Source of the DNA: Fibrobacterales bacterium
GTDB taxonomy: Bacteria; Fibrobacterota; Fibrobacteria; Fibrobacterales; JAOPTW01
Direction: 5' to 3'
Length of the DNA stretch: 64,000 nt
Assembly (NCBI GenBank): GCA_051532055.1
Contig: JAOPTX010000015.1
Span: 153,334-217,333, forward strand
Shown here: positions 1-9,992 of the stretch, piece after piece
Layout of the letters: every line of letters begins with the position of its first letter
Numbering within the stretch: the first letter of the stretch is position 1
Notes under the pieces: generated by a model
The model's database searches: none
What the model saw: only the letters and a program-made list of their open reading frames with translations
Told to the model about the DNA's origin: nothing
Translations under genes and position numbers: made by a program

Positions 1-820
1 GGTGACTGTTACTTATGATAATTTTTTGAGCTTCGAATGGAATGCCAAGAAAGTCACACCCGTGGGTTTGGAAGTTTTCAATTGAATCAGTAGTGAAAAA
101 CTGGTGTGAGCTATTTTTTGAGCATTGTGCATCAATTTCAGGGTGTCTGACAAGATAATCTTTGAGGCTTTGCGCAACAAGGGCGTCCTGACTTACAATG
201 GTAATATGTTTAGGGGTGTAAGATTTAATTTTCTCAAGAAGCATTGGGAAGTGTGTGCATCCTAGTACAATAGTGTCGATATTGGGGTCTTTATCGAGAA
301 GGATGTTAATATCCTTCTCGATAAAATAGTCAGCACCTTGGCTTTTGTGTTCATTATTTTCAACAAGGGGGACCCACATTGGGCAGGCTTGCTGAGACAC
401 AACGAGCTCTTTATGGAGCTTTTTAATTTCAAGGGGATACGATTTTGAATTAATTGTTCCAGGTGTGCCGAGAATTCCAATATGTCCAGTTTTTGTTATT
501 TTTGGTAATTCTTCAATAGTAGGCCTTAAAACACCAAGTACTCTGTTATTGGGTGATAGTAAGGGTAAGTCGTTTTGTTGGATTGAACGAAGTGCTTTAG
601 CAGATGCAGTATTACATGCTACAATAACTAAGGGGCAGCCAAGTGAAAAGAGTTTTTCGACGGCTTCTAATGTATAGGAGTATATTGAATCAAATGATCG
701 TGGCCCATAGGGAGCCCGAGCATTATCGCCAAGATAGATAAAGTCATGATCCGGGAGTTCATTAAAAAACTCTTTTAAGATAGTGAGACCACCATAACCG
801 GAATCAAAGACTCCAATCAT
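1..820 (-). CDS. murI: glutamate racemase (3' end runs off the window edge)
   Basis: Missing from the ORF track because it has no in-window stop. Manual translation from the ATG at 820-818 gives MIGVFDSGYGGLTILKEF..YLGDNARAPYGPRS..VIVACNTAS..IVLGCTHFP, which contains both catalytic-Cys motifs of MurI. The frame stays open down to nt 2. Confidence 0.9.
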   Translation of the reverse strand, partial: MIGVFDSGYGGLTILKEFFNELPDHDFIYLGDNARAPYGPRSFDSIYSYTLEAVEKLFSLGCPLVIVACNTASAKALRSIQQNDLPLLSPNNRVLGVLRPTIEELPKITKTGHIGILGTPGTINSKSYPLEIKKLHKELVVSQQACPMWVPLVENNEHKSQGADYFIEKDINILLDKDPNIDTIVLGCTHFPMLLEKIKSYTPKHITIVSQDALVAQSLKDYLVRHPEIDAQCSKNSSHQFFTTDSIENFQTHGCDFLGIPFEAQKIIISNSH

Positions 821-1722
821 TATTGTGCCTTAAATATATTTATGTGATAGCCGCCCTCTTTGTCGGTCGGGTCAGCAGTCTGATGAAACACATCCATAAT
901 TACAGGAGACTCTGTATAAGAACTTTCGTCAAAACTAAAGAGTACAGTGGACTCCTCATCTTTGATAAGTCTTTCCAAAGCACATTCACTGAAGAGGCAT
1001 CTCCATTGCACGAGGTCAGTTAGTTCTTCACGAGGAGCATTAGCATAATCTATTTGGACAAATACCCCTGCCTCGTTTAAGAATTTTCTGATATTGTTTG
1101 CATAGACTCGAGAAGTCATAAGATCATCAAAAATATCTTCTTTGTCGGGATTAGCATCAACTTCATCTTCAGGGTCCATCTCTCTGAATCGAGCGAGCAT
1201 TCCAGCGACATCATTGTCTTGTGCGTCTGCATATCCATTATCGTTAAATAGATCGAGGCTATCATCATCAGTAATTAAGTTGGGAAAACAGAGTATCGCG
1301 AGGTCAGCTTTTCCTTGAGGTATATCAAAATTGGGGAGTTTGGAGCAGTACAGGCGAAATTGAGATCCATCTTCTGTAAAGAGGCCTTCAGAATGTGTAA
1401 TAGATGCTTTTCCATTTGATCGTTCAACGAATGCATTGAGTAATTTATCGGAACCATCAACCCCAATAATTGTGGATTGTGGAAACACTTCATTGAGTAG
1501 TATCATTAACTCACCAGAACCACAAGCATAGTCTACAATAAACTTTGGGTCTGACAAATTGTTTTTACGGTAGTATTGGGCACACGTTTTGACAATATTT
1601 GAATAGGCGTTGAGATGATCTTGATCAGAACACTGTGAAAGCCACCAAGTACCTATTTGTGAATCGTAGATATCGGCCTTACCAGCAGCGAGTAGGTTTT
1701 CAAAATCAACATTTGTGCTCAT
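820..1722 (-). CDS. class I SAM-dependent methyltransferase, substrate unknown
   Basis: 300-aa ORF with SAM motif I (VDYACGSGEL) and a following IIGVDGSD acidic loop. Its TAA stop overlaps the murI ATG by 1 nt (TAATG), which suggests co-transcription. Confidence 0.65.
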   Translation of the reverse strand: MSTNVDFENLLAAGKADIYDSQIGTWWLSQCSDQDHLNAYSNIVKTCAQYYRKNNLSDPKFIVDYACGSGELMILLNEVFPQSTIIGVDGSDKLLNAFVERSNGKASITHSEGLFTEDGSQFRLYCSKLPNFDIPQGKADLAILCFPNLITDDDSLDLFNDNGYADAQDNDVAGMLARFREMDPEDEVDANPDKEDIFDDLMTSRVYANNIRKFLNEAGVFVQIDYANAPREELTDLVQWRCLFSECALERLIKDEESTVLFSFDESSYTESPVIMDVFHQTADPTDKEGGYHINIFKAQ

Positions 1723-1854
1723 TACAACTCCTTACATTTTCAATAAATCTAACAACTCAGTATACCTTTGTATCAAAAGATAATGGGTTTGATCTGTTCA
1801 AGATATAATTTGAGTTGAAAATAGTCATTAAATTGTTAACTTTCGACACTAATT

Positions 1855-1927
1855 GGGGTTATAGCTCAGTTGGTAGAGCATTTCGCTGGCAGCGAAAGGG
1901 TCAGGAGTTCGAATCTCCTTAACTCCA
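1855..1927 (+). tRNA. tRNA-Ala (anticodon GGC)
   Basis: 73-nt cloverleaf GGGGTTA..TAACTCC+A. The anticodon loop is CTGGCAG and the G3:U70 alanine identity pair is present. The T-loop is TTCGAAT. No CCA is encoded. Confidence 0.9.
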
Positions 1928-1946
1928 TTTTTTCAATTGTAAATAC

Positions 1947-1995
1947 GAAATTACTTCGTAATTTCAAATTAGGCGTACCGATGTACGCCTAATTT
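1947..1995 (+). terminator. two back-to-back hairpins downstream of tRNA-Ala
   Basis: Two perfect stems: GAAATTAC-TTC-GTAATTTC (1947-1965) and a 13-bp stem AAATTAGGCGTAC-CGAT-GTACGCCTAATTT (1966-1995). The only U-run is the TTT that ends the second stem. Confidence 0.5.
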
Positions 1996-2312
1996 GTAAA
2001 TGCCTCATACCTTGATATCTAAAATCGGAAAATTCTTTGGTGTCAGAGGCATGAAATAAATTTATCTGATTTTCCTGTTCAATATTTTTCAAAGAGAAAT
2101 CCTTTCCATTCTTAGTATCAAATTCTGTTACATTTTAAATCAATCGATAGTTTATTGAGTGTTGCCTCTATAGTCTTGTAAGAAATATTTCATAGTGCTA
2201 AAATAACTAACTATTGAGAGTTGTGACTGTACTCAATGTTCACAGGATTAATGTACATTGGTTGTGATATAAAAGGTGTGTGATTAGGTTGTATCAAAGG
2301 AAGGGGAAGCTG

Positions 2313-3590
2313 ATGAATTCATCATTACAATGGTTCTATATAATTACGATGCTATTAAGTAGTCATTTAGGGGCTGCAACTCTATCAAGTATTACTGAAG
2401 AAGCATTGAGTAAGGGGACTCATGTTGAAATTGCACGGCAAAAAGTGGCAATGGCTAATGCGGATGTCTCTATTGTAGGGAGCTTACCTAATCCAGTTTT
2501 TGGATATGGGTGGTACGGTGAGTCTGTTGAAACTAAGGTCGGGCCACAAGAGCAGAAATTGAGTATTACTCAAAAAATTCCATGGATTGGCAAACTTAAG
2601 GATCGAGTCGACATAGCTGAAGTTGAAGTTAATAAGCAAAGATTGGATCTTCAGACAATGCAGGCGAGCGTTGTATATCAAGTGAGAATGATCTGGGCTG
2701 AAATATGTTACCTATCCAGAGCGCGAGATATAAATAAAAAGACGCTTGCTCTGTATGAAAATTGGATGGAAAAACTACGTTCCGACTATGAATCTATGCG
2801 AACGTCTTATAGTAGAGTTATAAAAATGGAGACTGAAGTGACAGTGCTCCAAGAGGATATTTTTACTATTGAACGCAAATTAGCAGATCAATATACAAGG
2901 CTTGGAGTGTTTCTCAATCGTAAGATGTTGGGAGAATTTTTTAGTGATTCATTGGCATTGTATGCGAAACGAGCGGGAGATCAAGAGATAGATACCGTCT
3001 TGAGGATGAGTCCACAACTACAAAAGAGTCAATTACAACGCGAACTTTGGAAAGAAAAAGAGGAGCTTTCGAAGGGGGGGTATTTTCCCGATTTGGCAGT
3101 AGGGGCGACTTATATACAGACTGGTGATGCCGTTGGTATGAATGAAAGCGGTAAAGATCCGTGGATGCTGACAGTTGGTATAAGTCTTCCTCTCAATATT
3201 ATTCAAACGAATGCACAGGTTAAAAAAGCTCAGTTAGGAACTCAGCAAGCGGCGTCTAAAGCTCAGGAGATGAAGCTTTCCCTCGATGCCCTGATACAGA
3301 CTACACAAAACTTAATAGCTGAGTCTCAACGAATACAGTCATTGTATACCGATCGAGTGGTGCCGGATATTGAAAAATCAATACGGGTACAAGAAAACCA
3401 ATTTACCGTTGGGAATATTGATTTTATGCAACTTCTTGATGATTATCGTATGCTACTCAGGCTTCAGCTACGGGTGCATCAAGCCCTCAAAACTGAGTTT
3501 CAATCAAAAGCAAAAATACTTTGGATTGGTGGTGATGTCACTACCACTTTTAGCTATCCCTATGTGGTAGTGAATAAGGAGATACCATGA
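2313..3590 (+). CDS. TolC-family outer-membrane efflux protein (CusC/CzcC-like)
   Basis: The ORF is open from a GTG at 2280. The ATG at 2313 follows AAGGAAGGGGAAG and starts a signal-peptide-like sequence (MNSSLQWFYIITMLLSSHLGAA). It is long and helical, with two repeat halves typical of OMF proteins. Its stop overlaps the next gene (ATGA). Confidence 0.75.
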   Translation: MNSSLQWFYIITMLLSSHLGAATLSSITEEALSKGTHVEIARQKVAMANADVSIVGSLPNPVFGYGWYGESVETKVGPQEQKLSITQKIPWIGKLKDRVDIAEVEVNKQRLDLQTMQASVVYQVRMIWAEICYLSRARDINKKTLALYENWMEKLRSDYESMRTSYSRVIKMETEVTVLQEDIFTIERKLADQYTRLGVFLNRKMLGEFFSDSLALYAKRAGDQEIDTVLRMSPQLQKSQLQRELWKEKEELSKGGYFPDLAVGATYIQTGDAVGMNESGKDPWMLTVGISLPLNIIQTNAQVKKAQLGTQQAASKAQEMKLSLDALIQTTQNLIAESQRIQSLYTDRVVPDIEKSIRVQENQFTVGNIDFMQLLDDYRMLLRLQLRVHQALKTEFQSKAKILWIGGDVTTTFSYPYVVVNKEIP

Positions 3591-5341
3591 AAGATTCTAC
3601 TAATAAGAAGTTTAAAGTAATGGGCATACTGCTATTAGTAGTGGTTGCATTTTTTATGGGTAAAACTACGACGTCCTCTAAAATTGATGTATATGAGCAT
3701 ACTGATACTCATATTGAAGAAACAGTGTGGACTTGTTCAATGCATCCTCAAATTAAGTTACCCAAACCAGGGAAGTGCCCTCTCTGTGCAATGGACTTGA
3801 TACCACTTGAAAAAGATGATATGGTGGGCGAAACAGGAGAACCACAGATAAGGCTATCTGAGTATTCACGTAAACTGGCGAGTGTGAGAACGGCACGGGT
3901 CCAAAAAGCTACAAAAAATTCAACTCTTGAATTGGTGGGTGAGTTAGTATGGGATGAGACAAAGCTAAAAACAGAGACCGCTTGGTTTGGTGGGAGAATT
4001 GAAAAATTAAATGTTTCATTTACTGGGCAGTATGTTAAAAAAGGGCAGGTTATCGCTGAGATTTATAGTCCAGAGTTATACGCGGCTGCTGAAGAATGGC
4101 GACAATCAAAAGGATCTGATAATGATCGTCTCAAACAATCGGTGCATAAAAAGCTTAAGCTCTTAGGGCTTGATGATGATGATATCAAAAATTTATCAAC
4201 GATTAACTCTGAGCGGGTCATTCAGCGGGCGAAATATAGTGGTGTTGTAGTACGCCGAAGCGTTGAAGAAGGTCAATATGTAAAAATAGGATCTCCTTTA
4301 GTTAAGCTGGGTTCCACTCGGTCACTTTGGGTAGAGCTCGATGTATTTGAGCAAGATCTCCCGGGAATTCGAATAGGCCAAAAAGTTATGTTGAAGACTG
4401 AGAGTTTACCTGGGGAAGAATTTAAATCTACTGTTGGATTTATTCACCCTGTGTTGGATAAAATGAATCGGGCAGTTAAGGTTCGCTTGTCAGTCGCCAA
4501 TAGAAAGACTATGCTTAAGCCGGGGATGTTAGTACGGGGAAACATTTCGGTCAAAGGATTGACAGAGAAGTTATTGATACCTGAGTCAGCGCCATTGCTC
4601 ACTGGTGAAAGAGCAGTGGTATATTTAGAAATTGAGCCAGGAGTTTACACGGGTAGGGTTATTGTGTTAGGCGAGCATGTTGGTGCCTATTATGAAGTGT
4701 TAAAAGGTCTACAAGAAAATGATGTCATTGTTGCACGTGGCGCCTTTAAAATAGATGCAGCAATGCAAATTCAAGCCCTTCCTTCAGTGATGTACCCTAA
4801 AGGAGGTGGTTTGGCAGATGCCCACAAACATAATGCTATTGTGAAACAACAAAGCAAAAGTGGGGATGAGAAGAATGCCTTAAATAAGGGAATACTTGAT
4901 AGCAAGGGGAGTAAGTGGTTGGAAACCTATTTTTCAAGCTATATCAAACTACAGAAGGCTTTAGTCGCAGATGATGTAGAAAAAGCAAAGGCAAGCATAC
5001 TTTCCCTTGCGGCACAATTACATTCTATACCTAAAATTTTAAATGATGGACATACGAAACATAAGGCGGCGGGGTTTAAAGCTTCCGCAGAGTCGGGCGA
5101 CATAAATAGTATACGGAGTGAATTCCTGACTCTTTCTACAGCCTTGATACAGTGGCTCCGGAGTACCGAACTAAAACCAGGAAAAGGTGCAGCAATTTAT
5201 TTTTGCCCTATGGCAAATAAAAATAACGGAGCAGAATGGCTTCAGCAGGGTGGAGATGTACAAAACCCTTATTATGGAAGTGCGATGCTAGAGTGTGGGG
5301 AGCAGCGTTTGGTACTTTCCAAGCCTGAAGAGGATAAGTAA
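3587..5341 (+). CDS. RND efflux periplasmic adaptor (CusB-like) with an N-terminal Cys-rich metal-binding motif and a DUF3347-like C-terminal extension
   Basis: Contains WTCSMHPQIKLPKPGKCPLCAMDL (heavy-metal-binding domain pattern), a central HlyD/CusB-type barrel region, and a C-terminal YFCPMANKNNGAEWLQ..NPYYGSAMLECG pattern. Its stop overlaps the cusA-like start (TAATG). Confidence 0.85.
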   Translation: MKDSTNKKFKVMGILLLVVVAFFMGKTTTSSKIDVYEHTDTHIEETVWTCSMHPQIKLPKPGKCPLCAMDLIPLEKDDMVGETGEPQIRLSEYSRKLASVRTARVQKATKNSTLELVGELVWDETKLKTETAWFGGRIEKLNVSFTGQYVKKGQVIAEIYSPELYAAAEEWRQSKGSDNDRLKQSVHKKLKLLGLDDDDIKNLSTINSERVIQRAKYSGVVVRRSVEEGQYVKIGSPLVKLGSTRSLWVELDVFEQDLPGIRIGQKVMLKTESLPGEEFKSTVGFIHPVLDKMNRAVKVRLSVANRKTMLKPGMLVRGNISVKGLTEKLLIPESAPLLTGERAVVYLEIEPGVYTGRVIVLGEHVGAYYEVLKGLQENDVIVARGAFKIDAAMQIQALPSVMYPKGGGLADAHKHNAIVKQQSKSGDEKNALNKGILDSKGSKWLETYFSSYIKLQKALVADDVEKAKASILSLAAQLHSIPKILNDGHTKHKAAGFKASAESGDINSIRSEFLTLSTALIQWLRSTELKPGKGAAIYFCPMANKNNGAEWLQQGGDVQNPYYGSAMLECGEQRLVLSKPEEDK

Positions 5342-8300
5342 TGTCACAGAAGATCACTGATCCAAATCCAGGTCTTATTGGGAACCTTATCCGTTTTAGT
5401 TTAGAGAAAAAACTGATAGTTTTTATTGTGTTGTTGGGTGTATTGTTTGCAGGGTTTTCGACAGCCCCTTTTGATTGGAATCTAGCGGGGCTTCCCCGCT
5501 CTCCTATCCCTGTAGATGCCATTCCTGATATCGGTGAAAACCAGCAAATTGTATTTACTAACTGGAATGGTCGATCACCGCAGGATGTTGAGGATCAAAT
5601 TACCTATCCATTGACAGTACAGTTGATGGGGGTGCCGGGCGTTAAAACAATTCGGTCGTACTCATATTTTGGGTTTTCTAGTATCTATGTGATTTTTAAA
5701 GAAGATGTTGAGTTTTATTGGTCTCGAAGTAGAATCCTTGAAAAATTGAGCAGTCTTCCCGCAGGGGTTCTCCCATCGGGAGTCCAACCGGCATTGGGGC
5801 CTGATGCGACGGCATTAGGCCAGGTCTACTGGTATACCCTTGAGGGACTCGATTCTGAAGGAAAACCCACCGGTGGATGGGATCTCGACGAACTACGAAG
5901 TATCAATGATTTTTATGTGCGTTATGCGCTTCAGAGCGTTGAGGGAGTTGCAGAAGTGGCTGCCGCAGGTGGCATGGTTCGGGAGTATCAAATAGATATA
6001 GATCCCGATAAGTTACGTCATTATGATATTAGTATAGAGCAGGTGTATAAGGCTGTATCAGAATCTAATCAAGATGTTGGAGCTCGTACAGTTGAAATTA
6101 ATCGCATGGAGTATGTAATTCGCGGTAAGGGAAATGTACGGAATATTGATGACCTTAAGGCGACCGTTATTAAAGACCATGATAATCATCCGGTGTATCT
6201 CGAACAAGTAGCCCATGTATATCTGGGCCCCGCTCCACGGAGAGGGGCACTTGATAAAGGAGGTGCTGACGTGACGGGTGGTGTGGTCGTCGTTCGGTAT
6301 GGTGACAATCCACTCGAGGCCATAAAGGGGATTGAGGCAAAAATTGCAGAAATCGCAGCCGGGCTTCCTCAAAGAGTTCTTGATGATGGCACTATAAGTA
6401 AAGTGAGTGTCGTTCCCTTTTATAATAGGGCAGGTCTTATTTATGAGACGCTAGATACCTTAAGTAGCGCCCTCAGTGAAGAAATATTAATTACGGTGAT
6501 TGTTATTTTATTTATGCTCGGTCATCTTAGGTCAAGTATTGTGATTTCATTACTGCTCCCAGCAGCGGTGCTCGCCTGTTTTGTAGCTATGAAGCTCTTT
6601 GGGGTTGATGCGAATGTGGTGGCCTTGTCAGGGATTGCAATTGCTATCGGCACAATGGTGGATATGGGGATTATAATATCTGAAAATATCGTTATCCATT
6701 TACAGCAGGCTTCAGAAAAAGATTCAAAAGTAATGGTTGTCTATCGGGCAACTAAAGAGGTTGCAGGAGCAGTTGTTACAGCGGTAGCCACAACAATCAT
6801 CAGCTTTATACCCGTGTTTACAATGACCGCAGCTGAGGGTAAACTTTTTAAACCCCTTGCATTTACCAAAACATTCGCTCTTGGAGGGGCGCTTGCATTA
6901 TCCCTATTTGTTATCCCGCCCCTCGCAGTACTTCTGTTTAAAAAAGGCAAAGAGTTTTCAACAAAACGGCAGGAGCGTAATAATAAATGGTTTCTTCGAG
7001 GGTTATTAGTACTGGCAACAGTAGTGCTCTCTCATCATTGGTTGCCACTTGGTCCTGAATTCGGGGAATTTTTAAATCTTCTTTTTGTTTCGCTTTTACT
7101 CTTTGGAGTACTGTGGCTAATTCAGTTGTTTATAAAATATTACCCTCATATGTTGGGATGGTGCTTGGAGCATAAAGTGTTATTTTTATCGGCTCCAATT
7201 TTGATTCTAATAATGGCAGGAAATATTTGGCGAACTACGGGAAATGAATTTATGCCTGCCCTCGATGAAGGCTCATATTTACTTATGCCTACCACTATGC
7301 CACACGCTGGGTTTGAAGAGGCTCAAGAACAACTTGCCCTTCTCGATCAGATGATAGAAACTGTTCCAGAGGTTGAAATGGCGGTGGGTAAACTAGGTCG
7401 GGCAGAGACATCTCTCGATCCGGCACCTACCTCCATGTATGAGATTGTAATTAATTATAAAAATGAGTATGGGGTTGATAGTACAGGGGGGAGGGTGCGC
7501 CAATGGCGAGATCATATCAAGTCTCCTGATGATATCTGGAATGAAATTGTTAAAGTAACTAAGATTCCGGGGGTAACCTCTGCGCCAAAATTGATGCCTA
7601 TTGCAGCGCGCATTGTGATGCTACAAAGTGGTATGCGTGCCCCGATGGGCTTAAAAGTAAAGGGTCCAAATCTTCAATCTATTGAAGCGTTTGGGATGAA
7701 GGTTGAAAAATATTTGAAAGATGTTGAAGGAGTTGAACCTGCCACAGTCATTGCAGATAGAATAGTAGGGAAGCCTTATTTAGAATTTGATATTGACCGC
7801 AGAAAAGCTGCGCGTTTTGGACTCTCTATAAAGCAGATTCAAATGACTTTAATGACGGCTCTTGGAGGAAGAACTGCTTCTTATACGGTAGAGGGGCGTG
7901 AGCGTTATCCCATTCGCATCCGTTATATGAGGGAAAAAAGAGATGATTTAGATGCTATGCGTGGCCTACTTATTCGAACTTCACGGGGGGTACAAGTACC
8001 TATTTCTCAAGTTGCAACAATTAATTTTAGTAGAGGTCCCATGGTGATAAAAAGTGAAGATGGCTTTTTGGTGGGATATGTGGTCTTTGATAAAGAGTCT
8101 GGGTTGGCTGAAACAGAGGTAGTAGAATCGGCTCAATCTCATCTGCAGCATCTTATAGACAATGGGACATTGTCAGTCCCTGATGGCGTCAGTTATGTTT
8201 TTACGGGTAATTATGAGAATCAGCTCAGAGCTAAAAAGACTCTTTCTGTCGTCCTGCCCATTGCCCTTCTTGTTATACTGCTCATTCTCTATCTACAGTT

Positions 8301-8805
8301 TGGGAGTTTCTCAACAACGCTAATGATTTTTAGTGGGATTTTGGTGGCTTGGGCAGGTGGTTTTTTACTGATTGGTCTGTATAACACTGAATGGTTTTTA
8401 AACTTCTCTCTTTTTGGAGTCGATTTTCGTGAACTTTTTCAGATTCGAACGGTAAATCTATCTGTTGCTGTGTGGGTTGGATTCATAGCGCTGTTTGGTG
8501 TCGCCTCTGATAATGGGGTAGTTATCAGTGAATACCTTAAACAGAAGTTTTCAAAACAAAAAGCAAATAATAAGCAAGAGGTGCGGAAGTTAGTGATTGA
8601 GGCGGCGACGAGACGTATCAGACCTTGTCTTATGACTACTGCCACAACGCTCCTTGCCCTCATTCCTGTCCTTACAAGTACAGGGCGAGGCTCTGATATT
8701 ATGCTTCCTATGTCTATACCGTCATTTGGTGGTATGTTAGTTGTCATTATAAGTGTATTTGTGGTGCCAGTTCTCTATTCAATCAAGGAAGAGAGAAAGG
8801 TTTAA
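5341..8805 (+). CDS. CusA/CzcA-family heavy-metal efflux RND permease
   Basis: 1154-aa ORF with a 12-TM RND layout and two large periplasmic loops. It shows typical CusA/CzcA strings (VDAIPDIGENQ, ALSGIAIAIGTMVD, FGVASDNGVV). Confidence 0.9.
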   Translation: MSQKITDPNPGLIGNLIRFSLEKKLIVFIVLLGVLFAGFSTAPFDWNLAGLPRSPIPVDAIPDIGENQQIVFTNWNGRSPQDVEDQITYPLTVQLMGVPGVKTIRSYSYFGFSSIYVIFKEDVEFYWSRSRILEKLSSLPAGVLPSGVQPALGPDATALGQVYWYTLEGLDSEGKPTGGWDLDELRSINDFYVRYALQSVEGVAEVAAAGGMVREYQIDIDPDKLRHYDISIEQVYKAVSESNQDVGARTVEINRMEYVIRGKGNVRNIDDLKATVIKDHDNHPVYLEQVAHVYLGPAPRRGALDKGGADVTGGVVVVRYGDNPLEAIKGIEAKIAEIAAGLPQRVLDDGTISKVSVVPFYNRAGLIYETLDTLSSALSEEILITVIVILFMLGHLRSSIVISLLLPAAVLACFVAMKLFGVDANVVALSGIAIAIGTMVDMGIIISENIVIHLQQASEKDSKVMVVYRATKEVAGAVVTAVATTIISFIPVFTMTAAEGKLFKPLAFTKTFALGGALALSLFVIPPLAVLLFKKGKEFSTKRQERNNKWFLRGLLVLATVVLSHHWLPLGPEFGEFLNLLFVSLLLFGVLWLIQLFIKYYPHMLGWCLEHKVLFLSAPILILIMAGNIWRTTGNEFMPALDEGSYLLMPTTMPHAGFEEAQEQLALLDQMIETVPEVEMAVGKLGRAETSLDPAPTSMYEIVINYKNEYGVDSTGGRVRQWRDHIKSPDDIWNEIVKVTKIPGVTSAPKLMPIAARIVMLQSGMRAPMGLKVKGPNLQSIEAFGMKVEKYLKDVEGVEPATVIADRIVGKPYLEFDIDRRKAARFGLSIKQIQMTLMTALGGRTASYTVEGRERYPIRIRYMREKRDDLDAMRGLLIRTSRGVQVPISQVATINFSRGPMVIKSEDGFLVGYVVFDKESGLAETEVVESAQSHLQHLIDNGTLSVPDGVSYVFTGNYENQLRAKKTLSVVLPIALLVILLILYLQFGSFSTTLMIFSGILVAWAGGFLLIGLYNTEWFLNFSLFGVDFRELFQIRTVNLSVAVWVGFIALFGVASDNGVVISEYLKQKFSKQKANNKQEVRKLVIEAATRRIRPCLMTTATTLLALIPVLTSTGRGSDIMLPMSIPSFGGMLVVIISVFVVPVLYSIKEERKV

Positions 8806-8914
8806 TTGCACAACAGGGCTCTAGTTAAAGCGGAAGATTAAAAAGCGACCCACTTTTTTCCGTTCTGGATAGTTCCTTTTCTATATTGAAAGTGAATTAT
8901 TGATTGAGGCTCAT

Positions 8915-9940
8915 ATGAAAATTGTAGCAGTTGTGTTGTTGGGTGTTATAACACTCTTTTCCGCTGAGGTTTCATTTAAAAACCCTGATATCAAAACACG
9001 TTATTCTAAAAAGCTTCAAGAACGAATCAACTCTGGTGATGAATTATTACAAGAGTTTAACGGTGACGGGGAGTTTGAGGCACTATTACAGGCACATCCT
9101 GAATTGTGGGTCATTACTAACCTAAAAGATAGTATCGAACTTGCAACCTCTCTCAAGCTTGATTTGGTCTACATTGATGGTATTAATGAAGAGTCAATGT
9201 GTACTATACGGCGACCTGAGTCAATTGATACTCGTATGGTATGGGATGTAGAACTGGGTGTTGACTTTATATCTGGTGGTGCTAGTATAATACCTGAACA
9301 TATAAAGATCTGTTTTGAAAAGATCAAATCTGAGGTGGGGTATGCTTATTATAATGATAAAAAAGAGATTGTAAAAGTGCTTCCTGAGCAAATAGCAAAT
9401 GATCTTGAAGTGTACAGAGTGGCAGGAGATATTGCTGAAGATTTACAACTCAAGGTACTGGCTATTCAAAAAGAGTTTATTACAACCACAAAGTGCCCAC
9501 AAAACATTGAGTCTTATTTGGTTCTCATGGATATTTATGAGCAAGTTGACACCTTAATACAAGATATTTTCCAAGCAGAGAACGACCTAAGTGTTGTAAA
9601 AAATGGTGGGAAAAAAGTTACTGCATGCGCTTTCAGCAAACAGTGGAATGAACAATACTCAGAAGATTTCGATGTTACTTGTAATATTACTGACAACAGC
9701 TGTATCATTACTCAAAGCGAAGATGGCAGACGTGAGTGGGTGATGAATTTTGACCAGAATACCTTTGAATTTCAAGGAGAGAGTATTCTCTTTATTCCCA
9801 TAGGAGATCAGAGTATTCATGATGGAGGGCAAGTTATGGATCTTAGATTAATACCGTTATCGCAGAATCTCTATATTGAAGCGTATTTGAGTAAGGACAA
9901 AAAACCGGTTTCGCTTGGGCTTCTGACAATAGAAAAATAA
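8915..9940 (+). CDS. hypothetical secreted protein
   Basis: The ATG at 8915 follows GAGG and starts a signal peptide (MKIVAVVLLGVITLFSAEV). No motif recognised. Same strand as the efflux operon, 95-110 nt downstream. Confidence 0.5.
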   Translation: MKIVAVVLLGVITLFSAEVSFKNPDIKTRYSKKLQERINSGDELLQEFNGDGEFEALLQAHPELWVITNLKDSIELATSLKLDLVYIDGINEESMCTIRRPESIDTRMVWDVELGVDFISGGASIIPEHIKICFEKIKSEVGYAYYNDKKEIVKVLPEQIANDLEVYRVAGDIAEDLQLKVLAIQKEFITTTKCPQNIESYLVLMDIYEQVDTLIQDIFQAENDLSVVKNGGKKVTACAFSKQWNEQYSEDFDVTCNITDNSCIITQSEDGRREWVMNFDQNTFEFQGESILFIPIGDQSIHDGGQVMDLRLIPLSQNLYIEAYLSKDKKPVSLGLLTIEK

Positions 9941-9977
9941 AAAAGTCCCAGCTCTCATTGAGAGCTGGGACTTTTTT
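9939..9977. terminator. bidirectional rho-independent terminator
   Basis: An 11-bp GC-rich stem GTCCCAGCTCT/AGAGCTGGGAC flanked by an A-run and a T-run. It sits between the convergent genes ending at 9940 (+) and 9993 (-). Confidence 0.75.
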
Positions 9978-9992
9978 ATTAAATGTTTGATT

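Noticed and set aside
262-677. The two short ORFs at 262-480 (-) and 465-677 (+).
   Set aside because: Both lie inside the murI reading frame region. murI is open from 820 to the window edge in a different frame and carries both catalytic motifs.
1928-9980. The metal-efflux operon as a genomic island integrated at tRNA-Ala.
   Set aside because: There is no integrase or transposase, and I found no direct repeat of the tRNA-Ala 3' end at the far boundary. Composition looks similar to the rest of the window by eye.
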